NCBI GenBank assembly: GCA_950097015.1
Contig: CATNEN010000007.1
Location: 372,001-436,000, forward strand
Direction: 5' to 3'
Source of the DNA: Macrostomum hystrix
Taxonomy: Eukaryota > Animalia > Platyhelminthes
Length of the DNA: 64,000 bases
The notes under the pieces are model-generated. The model did no database searches. It was not told the DNA's origin and was given only the letters and a program-made list of their open reading frames with translations. Shown piece after piece: positions 33,453 to 43,013 of the stretch. The translations under genes and the position numbers were made by a program. The number at the start of each line of letters is the position of its first letter. The stretch's first letter is position 1.

Positions 33453-34000
33453 AACAGTAGAACTAGCAAGAGGGGATTTCTCCCCTGAAAACTTTTTGTA
33501 ATGCACCCGAAAGGAGCAACTCAAGGACACGAAACTCAAGAACACGCGCCAAATTTTTGTTGCGCATTTTCAGAAACAAGAATCAAGTCGCCAGCCCTTC
33601 AGACCGTCGAGATATTTAACGGTTCTGACCGAAGGTCTGTTTTTTCCGTAAGAGCTTGTGTATTTCATACACAACTGTACAGAAATTTGCACTGCGCCTC
33701 AGTGCGGCCTTGCCAGGCCTTCAAACTTTATCAGCTTGTCACCCGAATGTGCCTGCATCAATTCCGAGTTTAGGCCAATATCAAGGCTTGATCAGTGAAA
33801 CAAGAAAACTTCGCATTAGGAATTCCTCCATTGCCAGCTGGACAACCCTGCTGACGGTGCTGACGAAGTCGGGGTGGTGACTGATTAGTTGACAGACTAG
33901 GCGAGGGTCCTGTGGTTGAGCTTTGTCTTGAGGCCTGATCAGCGAAATGGAAGAAACTCACATCAGGTTGTCCATATTCGGCTGGTGCCACTTGTTGAAG
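33453..34000. mobile_element. Foldback/MITE-like element, partial (left arm + centre)
   Basis: Starts aacagtagaacta..ggggatttctcccc; collinear with 41114-41720. Confidence 0.75.
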
Positions 34001-35000
34001 GTGGGGGAAAATATCACCTTTGATATAAAAACGGGTGGCAAATTGGCTTGGTGTAGTCCTACTGTTGCGTGAGCATGAGCATGAGCTGGGGCAGCATGTA
34101 ACGAGTACAAGAATACTGAATAATTTAGTGCTATCCTTGGAGTCTCGTCTTGTCGATGTGGACACATCAATTGTGGGACTTGGTGTCCTCGAGTCGACTG
34201 CTCAGTTGAATACGGCACTGGATGCTACCACTGGAATGGACAGTTAGTTAGTCTTCTTTGGCAGGTGCAAAGCGGCCAGCTGATGGAGCAGGGGAGGCTT
34301 ACTTGTACCGCGATCCACGAGGCACTTGGCGGTGGCTGAAGCTTGAGACAAGACAGAGCCTGAAGACAGGGCTGCGTGGTCTCCTTGTCTCCTTTTGCAG
34401 CTGCAGTCGCTTTTGATGCTGTAAGGCTCGTCCTACGATTTCTTGCTTATGCTTCTCGTGATGTCGCCGTAATGAAAACCCTCCTTCGCCACGCCGTCCG
34501 ACAAGATCAAGGCGTCTGTTGGGCCTTTCATAATTCAGGGAGTCCAGCTGCTTCAGGACCCAGATGTACCGGAAATGGCTGGGGATCCAGTGGCTGTTGC
34601 TTGTGGCATGGAGGCATTTTGCTTGTTCACTTTTATAGTTAATTGCTTTGCACACTTGTACAATGTAGATTATCGACCATGGTAATGCGTACCTTATGCG
34701 ACATGGTAATCCAATTCAGACTGGACGATTGCGCGTTGAACTGTCCAGTCCCACAACGAATGTAATGCGATACAAATGCGAATTTTCGATCATCAACGCC
34801 ATATTCTTTGCAAACAATAATAGTTCCAGGGGTAGGCGTTCATGACCTTGACCTATCATGCGACGAAAAATTAATTCTTTTTTCTGTAGACATCCTAAAT
34901 CAATGTCGTAACGTCGGTACTGCCACAGTGTGCAATTGACATCATTTGACATTTATATATGAAGTAATACAAAAGCAAAAAAAATACAAATATATTCTAG

Positions 35001-36930
35001 CCTGCTGACAACGCCGTACAGCCGCCAACGCTGTCCATCAAGGAGCAGTCGGATCAATTCTACCAATTTCCGTACGAGTCAGCGGTGGGGAAGCATATTG
35101 ATCTTGTCACCTACGAGCCGCCTGCTGAGTCTCAACAGCTCAGTCAAGTTTTGCATGATCCGCCGACGCTGACCATTGTGGAGCAGCCGGCACAGTTCCA
35201 CCGATTTCGATACGAGTCCGAGGTGGAGAAGGAAGGCAGGGTAGGCGGTCTGCTGTTCGGAAGGAGCTCCAACAATGGCAGCAAAAGCTACACGAAGGTG
35301 AGAATCAGCGGCATCAACCCCGCACAGCACTCTCAGCTGCAGCTCATTGTGTGTACAGTGAGCGCAGAGGACAAGGCGCCGCACCCGTACAGCCTTCACG
35401 GAGACAACTGCAGTGACGGCTTCTTTCTGCTCAAGAAGTCTGTGGACAGGGAAACTTGCAGGACCATTTGGGATGTCGAGTAAGGGCCAACTTGAACTTG
35501 CACATAATCGATAATTCTAGAAAAGTATTCCATTTTTTACCTATTTCACACGCAGATTTGTCAGATTGACCGTCATCTGCGTACCGAAAAAGAAAAAGCA
35601 GGACATCAACAAGGGCGTGGAGGCCAGGCGCAGAAATGTTCCAGCGCTTCATGACTGTAAGATTTGTGATTTAATTTGCCCAGTTATATAAGTTTTTAAC
35701 TTTCAAGTTTTTTAGCTTTTTAATTACTCGTAATTTAAAAAAGGTAGCAAAGGTAGCTAAATTAAAGCGTTGCAAACCTAAAGGTTGTTCTTTTACTTCA
35801 ATACTTTAAAAACATAGTGACCTAGTTTTAGACGGATATCTTGACGTCCTACGCATTTTCTTTTTTTCATGTAGAAAATATTGTTTTTTTGCCTATTACC
35901 TATCATATGAATATATCTGGATGTATTAATACAATGTTTTTCTATTTTATAGCAGAGAATCCGGATGATAACAGATAATGTAAGTATTAGCAGTCAATAA
36001 AATCCTAATAGAGCCACCCGTGTTCTCTCAGGCCCAGCTGAGCCGACAATGGAATACACCAGCAGCAATCTTGGTCGCATTCGTCTGGCCTTCTCACTCT
36101 CATTCACGGACACCAATGGTGCCACCTGGTGTCTTAAAACAATGTTCAGCGACGAAATTTCCAGCGACAGTAAGACCATGACTGTGTTTACTATTGTACT
36201 TGTAAATTAGAAATTATAGTTTTTTATCAGAGCTCATTGTTCCATTAAGTTGCAACGCTCACTTATCTGTCATCAGAAGCAAACAAGACCATTGAAGTTC
36301 AGGACATTAACCCTCAAGATCTGCCGATGGAGGGCGGCTGCCTTGTTGCCATCCTCACCAGAACTCCAACCACAGGTGCCTTCTGCTCATTGTTTCAATG
36401 CTTAGTGCAAAGTGGCTCAAATACCAAGAAGACTGCCTTGTTGTTTCAGGTCATTCAAAGAAGGACGTGAAGGTACATTTCACTGCGACCAACACTCATA
36501 CGAACGAGAAGTTTGAACTCAGTATGGACTTGTTTGATATGAAAAAGGTAAAGCATTTTACTCGATATACTTGCATTTGAAACTCAGATGAAGGGACTGT
36601 GGATTGACTTGGCTCGAATGTAACGTTTCGATGTCGATTGCAGCACCTTATGTTGGTGAATGCACCAGACATGAGACGCATGACTAACAATGAGCAACTG
36701 AAGTGCACAGTGAGAGTCCACAGCCAAGGATTCAACAGTGCGGAACTTCATGTGGTCTTTGTAAGACCTGGCAATTCAAATGTTAATACAGGTAAGCGGC
36801 TTGTTGAGGAACAACATGCGAGCATACCAATTGCGGTTTCCATGGTTTTTTGGAATCTTAAAGACTCAATCAACTTTCGCAACCGTCATTCACCTCAGGA
36901 AAAGGGAGTCCGCTGAAGCGAAAACGATAA
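35001..36930 (+). CDS. Rel/NF-kB-like RHD-only gene 3; exons 35001-35479, 35556-35656, 36032-36169, 36277-36375, 36450-36547, 36644-36791, 36899-36930; candidate start micro-exon ATG|GTAAGT at 33298
   Basis: Close paralog of gene 2, including most introns; ends GSPLKRKR-stop; frame intact. Confidence 0.85.
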
Positions 36931-38084
36931 CCGCGGTAGGAAATTATTTAATTCTGACATGCATAAGGTCAGCTGTTTGGACAGCGCTACCCCACTGGAT
37001 TTTAATGTTTCGATATCCCTATTGACTATCGCAACCAACATCGAATTGCAGAGCACAGAAATCTGCTAAAGAGAAAGGTCGACACACGAGCTATAACTGA
37101 TAAATGCTTTGACTGTAACTTACGAGTACATCTTAACAAAGACTAAGGACCAAGATAGAGTCAAAGTAATCTGATATTGAATAAAATTGTACTATTGCAG
37201 TTAGTTTTTACCGATAAGTTTATTACTCAAAATCGTAGAAAAAATGCTCTTGGAACCAGTAGAAGGACTGCACTGAAGAACTCGACAATGTACTCGACGC
37301 TGTCTACTCATACAGCATCCAAGATTCTTACACGATCCATTTTTAATCGTATTTGAAAATTGCTACACAAAAGCCCTTTATCTTTCTTTTTGTTATTGGC
37401 GCACCCAAAGAAAAAAATAAATAAACAACAAGTTTTTTCAGTAGAACTCTTTCAGAGTTAATGTTACAACAAGCTATATATATTTACATCGCTTAGTAAT
37501 TTACTGGCTTGGTCTCTTTGTGACAGATACAGAGTAGCACAACAAAGCAATGCTACTTTCGCTTAAGTAGCTTGAGCGAATATGAAAATATTACTTATCT
37601 TCTTTGGCGGTTAGCAAACTGTGATGTTGTGTGTGCAATCACTTTTCTAGAGATTCGTCACGTACAAGATGGAACAACAATGGAACGACCTATTTGTGTT
37701 TTAAATTTTATTTTAGCAGTGACGTGCATTTGAGAAGTTCCATCTACTGTACATATTGAGCAGACCTTATGAGCAATATAGAGACGGGTACTCATATTCC
37801 AACCTGATAACCAGTGCCTTTCTAGTTTTCATTTTAGAAAATACAATAATTTAGTAGACAAGCAAGGACTGCAGCCTGAATAGGTTCAAAAATTGGAAAA
37901 AATGGTAAGCTTAGCATTCACTAAGAGGACATTGTTGAATTTGTAATAAAAATTCTAACTATGGAATTAAGTACCATTATTCTTCCAGATGATCCCGACT
38001 CACAATACTTATATTAGTTCTAGCGCCCCTTCCTTGAAATAAGGGGGTAACTTTTTGTTACAATGGGTTTGTGCCAGATTGGGA

Positions 38085-38385
38085 CTGTGTCATATCGGGA
38101 TTGTGTCATATCGGGATTGTGTCAAAACGTGATTGCATCATAACGAGATTGTGTCATAACGGTATTGTGTCATGACGGGATTGTGTCATGACGGGATTGT
38201 GTCATGACGGGATTGTGTCATAACGGGATTGTGTCATGACGGGATTGTGTCAAAACGGTATTGTGTCATGATGGTATTGTGTCATGACGCGATTGTGTCA
38301 TAACGGGATTGTGTCAAAACGGTATTGTGTCATGATGGTATTGTGTCATGACGCGATTGTGTCATAACGGGATTGTGTTATATCG
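38085..38385. repeat. 16-bp minisatellite, about 18 copies
   Basis: Unit gggattgtgtcatgac, upstream of the first large exon of RHD gene 4. Confidence 0.92.
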
Positions 38386-38592
38386 ACATTGCCTAAAATT
38401 TCACTTCGTGGCAATGGCATTCAGGCAATGGCCAGCCATTGTATAGAATTAATTGCCCCGTAGCAATAGGGTTGATGTAAAATTTAACCAATGATTTTAT
38501 CTAATGAGTCGTAGGAAGTTACAGTATGAGGCAATTTCCTTTGACACCAGCGGCGATAGCCGCTGATTTCCTGTGAACCCTCCATTGTGCAG

Positions 38593-40776
38593 ACAGTGAT
38601 TGTAAACGGAGCTAAGAACAAAGCAATTTGCAATACTCAAAAAAGCTACCGAGTCACAATAGCTGACAATTTCCAGCTTGAACAGGCGGAGCGGGGCCCA
38701 GCCCTGTCAATTCTAGCGCAGCCGGCCAGGTTCTACCGGTGCCTGCCCGAATCCCGAGTCAGGAACGGCAGATTTAAACGGCTGGTCGGCAGAAATCAGG
38801 AGGACTCTACTAACATGTACATGAAGGTGCGCATCGGTGACTTTGACCCAGGCAGTCATCGGCAGCTGCAGCTGACTGTGTGCACTGTCAACGCCGAGGA
38901 CAAGGCTCCGCATCCGTTCCAGCTGTATGGAGACAACTGCGAGAATGGCTACTTTGCACTGGAGAAGTCTGTGGCAAAGCTGGCTGGCAAAGAGTTTTGG
39001 GATATTTGGTGAGCAGAAGCATGTGTTGTTAGCTATACGAGCTACTCTTTCACTTGTGTTTTGCCCTTGTCCGGTCCAGTCTCACTTCCTCCTGTACCCT
39101 CCTGTACTGCTCGCTAAGCCAGAGTTCTCTGATTGGCTGAGGCCCCTCGATCGCCCTCGCCATGCTGCGGCTCTGCTTAGTCATGCCCTACCCTTTTGCC
39201 CTAACCCCAGCCCCAATCCGACGGCCGACACAAACCGGTTTTGCGGGTCGGCGCCTGATTGGTCGGCCTCACCCCACGTTTCTCTTTCTGCCCCGTCAAG
39301 GCGTCACCAGGTATCCCCGTCTCGCACTTTAAAACTCGGCCCTTAACTGAGTATCAACTACAAACGGGCCAAGCGAAGAGAGCTAGTAAATAGGAAATTG
39401 AAACCAGCAGCAAAAATTCTCTCGAGCCGTCGCGCGTATATTTAACGCCTCCAACGAATGAGTAGTGCAACATTTGACCCCTCCCCGGTAAGACTGGCAA
39501 CTACAAATTTATCATTTCCTACACCTCAATCCGTTTTACCTGTTATTGTTACTTTATATTCAGTAGGATCTAATGGGCTGTCCGCTTATCCCTTGTTATT
39601 ATTCCCAGTCGAGTGGCCATCCGCATATTGGGCCACGTTTCAAACTATATTTTCGAGACAAGGAATGTCCGTACGCTTCTTGTCCATTAGTTACCCCCCC
39701 GACGCCGAAGTGTCTGAACGCCTCGAGGGTTTTCGGCCCTCTTTCCTCCTTCTCTCTTCCACAATGAACCCCCGGGCTGTCCAAAACTCGAATCCCATGC
39801 AAGAAAACTTCAACACATACAACAGTACAAAACCTGCTGTCGACTGGCGATAAAAAAATTGAAAATGAGCCGTTGAACTTTCTTTTATTCAGCTTTGACA
39901 ACCTGGCCATCATTAGCGTGCCTAAAACTGCGGATGGAATCGAAGATGGCATGAATACCAGACGCCGCAATGTACCCAAACTGTTTGACTGTGAGTTGGT
40001 CCCATAATTACCCGGAGTTTAGCCTTGCTTCTAAATAAGAACAATTTTGCACTAACTAAATTTGCGTACAGGTCCTATCGAGCCGTTGGCCCAGTACCAG
40101 AGCGACAATTTGGGCCGGATTCGTCTTGCTTTCTCGCTCTCCATCATGAATCCAAATGGGGAGGTCAGTTTCCAGAGGACCCGGTTCAGCGAAGAGATTA
40201 TCAACGAAGGTAGGATCTCAGAAGATATGAGCATAGTTTTAATTGACCTCAAGGTGAAACTCACGCATCTCAATTCGCAGATGACAGAAAGGACATCGAA
40301 ATCCAGAAGCTGAATCCTGCCAAGCTTCCAATGAATGGTCGCTGCACTGTTGCCATCTACACAATGAGAACCACTGCAGGTGCCCCTTTTTGACCATCCA
40401 TTTGCTGTGCATCTAAAATAAACAATGCTTATTGCTGAAGTTTACAAGTTTATACTGCCACGCTTTTCAGGCATCGACAAGACTCAAGTGAAAGTCACAT
40501 TGACTGCAACAGGAGCAAATGCAGGCAATTCACCTCTAGAGTGCAGAGTTTTAACCATGAAAAAAGTATCGCTTTTTGCTGAATTTTCAAGCATGCTTTG
40601 CATTGATTAATGTATTTGGTTGTGCATTTTGGTCGATTCTTTTTCAGCGTCTCTTGGTGGTGGAAACACCGGACATGGCAGGCGAGACCAGTTCTTCCGT
40701 ACTGCGCTGCTTGATCGCCGTCAGCAGCCACGGCTTTGCGGGTACTCAGCATGAGCTGCAGTTTGTGAGAAACTAG
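38593..40776 (+). CDS. Divergent Rel/NF-kB-like gene 4 lacking DNA-contact residues and NLS; exons 38593-39008, 39893-39990, 40072-40209, 40281-40379, 40471-40565, 40648-40776; candidate start micro-exon ATG|GTAAGC at 37902
   Basis: LSILAQPARFYRCLPESR, PHPFQLYGDNCENGYF, FDNLAIISVPK, NLGRIRLAFSL, LNPAKLPMNG, LLVVETP, ends LQFVRN-stop. Phases are consistent and the length is a multiple of 3. Confidence 0.8.
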
Positions 40777-41113
40777 TTCACCAGTCCGACATTTTCTCAC
40801 AGTCTCAGCCTTGTGGCCTTGCTCAGCTGATCTGTGACCACTACGAGAATAGTTTGAGAACACAAAAACGTTTATAGGTACTTCGGAGATAAACTAGGAA
40901 TGATTCTCAAGTCTTATACTTCTCTGCTTACGCTCATAATACAGGTAGATATATAGAAGCGACTAATTGGCTTTCTCCCGGTCATTTCCAAGAAATGGAG
41001 ACGTTGAGTGCAACCTTACAAAATAATTTCTTACGAATAACCAAAATATTTCTACTCGCAATGCCATTCATGAGTTCATTTGAATGCGCATGTGATTTCA
41101 ATGTCACCACTTC

Positions 41114-42065
41114 AACAGTAGAACTACCAGGGGGATTTCCCCTGACCATTTTTGTGCTGCACCCGAACGGAGCAACTCCAGCACACGAAACTCAAGAACA
41201 CGGGCCACATTTTTGTTCAGAAACAAGAATCAAGTCACCAGTTCTTCAGACCGTCGAACTATTCAATTGTTCTGGCCGAAGGTCTGATTTTTTTCGGTAA
41301 GAGCTAGTGCATTTCAAACACCCAATACACAAACTTGCACTGCGCCTCAGTGCGGCCTTGCCAGGCCTTCCAACTTTATCAGCATGTCACCCGAATGTGC
41401 CTGCATCATCTCCAACTTCGGTGGTCATCGATCTCTATCTAGACGGAATACTGGACCTTCAAAAAGTAATCCTTGAGATTTGGCCAACTCGTATCGAGGC
41501 TTGATCAGGGAAACTACGAAGCAAGAAAAATTCACTTTAGGGACTCCTCCATAGCTAACTGGACACGCTGCTGACGGTGCTGATGGCGTCGGGGTGGTGA
41601 CTGATTGGTTGACAGACTAGGTGACAGTCCTTGTGGATGAGCTTCGTCCCCATATTGAGGCTTTTATCAGCGAAATGGGAGAAATTTTCATCAGGGTGTC
41701 CAAATTCGGCTGGTGACACTTGTTGAAGGCCCAGCAGCTCCGTCTAGATAAAGGTCGGTGACCACGGAAGACATAGATAATGCAGGCACATTCGGGAACT
41801 GAGGCGCAGTGCAAATTCGTGTATATGGATGCATGAAATACAGTAGCTCTTACGGAAAATTCTGACCTTTGGCCAGAACCGTTGAATATCTCGACGGTTT
41901 GAAAAGCTGTCGACTTGGTTCTTGTTTCAGAAGAACAAGTTGGGCCGTGTTCTTGAGTTTCGTGTGCTTGCGTTGCTCCGTTCGGGTGCAGCACAAAAAA
42001 ATTCAGGGGGTAAATCCCCGTCGGTTTAAAAACAGCGGCAAAAGGGCTTGGTAGTCCTTACTGTT
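41114..42065. mobile_element. Foldback/MITE-like element with about 350-bp imperfect terminal inverted repeats
   Basis: 41114-41460 is the approximate reverse complement of 41720-42065 (e.g. tgctgcacccgaacggagcaac / gttgctccgttcgggtgcagca); termini aacagtag...ctactgtt; no ORF. Confidence 0.8.
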
Positions 42066-43013
42066 AACTACATTTTGCTAATACTCGTAGAAATAATGCA
42101 TATACCATGTGCCGCGTCGCGCCTTCTTCTTACCCCTCCCCTCAAACGGCGACCCAGCCCTTGTCGTTAACGTACATGGTGAGCTACATTAGGTACTCTG
42201 CAAGAATTAATGTACATCACGTGGGTTGACGAGGAAGGCCTGTTCTGCCCAAGAACGCCATAAGCCATGCCTAAATGTGCAAACAATTTATAGAAAAAAA
42301 CGCAAAACAACAAGAATCTAAGTTTGAATTGCTCATTTTCAAAACTCCTAAAACTGCTACTCATATTAAAGAAGTAGTAAGTAGAGTGTAATCCCTAATG
42401 TTGCTTTATACGAGTATGCGAGGCGTAATTTTGGAAAAATGTATTCATATTAGAAATCTGCATCGAATATTATTTAATATCAAAGCCAGTTTAACATGGG
42501 CTCATGGGCTTACACTGAATACAATGTACAAAATAAGAGCTAACGAACACCTGGCAGTCCCATCATTATTTTAATGGACTAGAAGAAGTAGACAATGGGA
42601 GAAGAGAATGTGAGAGCTAGAATTAACTTTGGCGAAGACACAGGAGCAATTCAGAGTTCATAAAACAGCATTAAAGTTACAGCATTGGGACTTCTAACTT
42701 GTACACTATGTTGGACACTGAGGGAGTGGAATGAAAGAACAGCATTGTAATGTACTCGTACAAAACAGCTTGTGTGTATAATAGCTGTTATTTCGATTGC
42801 TTGCTGCGGGTACGGACGCATCGTAGTACACATTTTTGACAACTATGTGGCGACTTTGCTCATTCTATTGACCACTGAGTGTGCGCTCACATCTGTATGT
42901 GTGTACATCAACCTGACAAGCTCGCTGTTCCCTGTGCTGGCCCTTTAAACAGGCCGGCAAGTCACAAGCCTTTTCTCATCGACTGTGCCATGAGCACGCG
43001 GCTTGATTGAACG

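Noticed and set aside
35956-35979. Possible 24-nt micro-exon in RHD gene 3 (cag|...|gtaagt)
   Set aside because: Inclusion after the phase-1 donor creates an immediate stop with either nearby acceptor.
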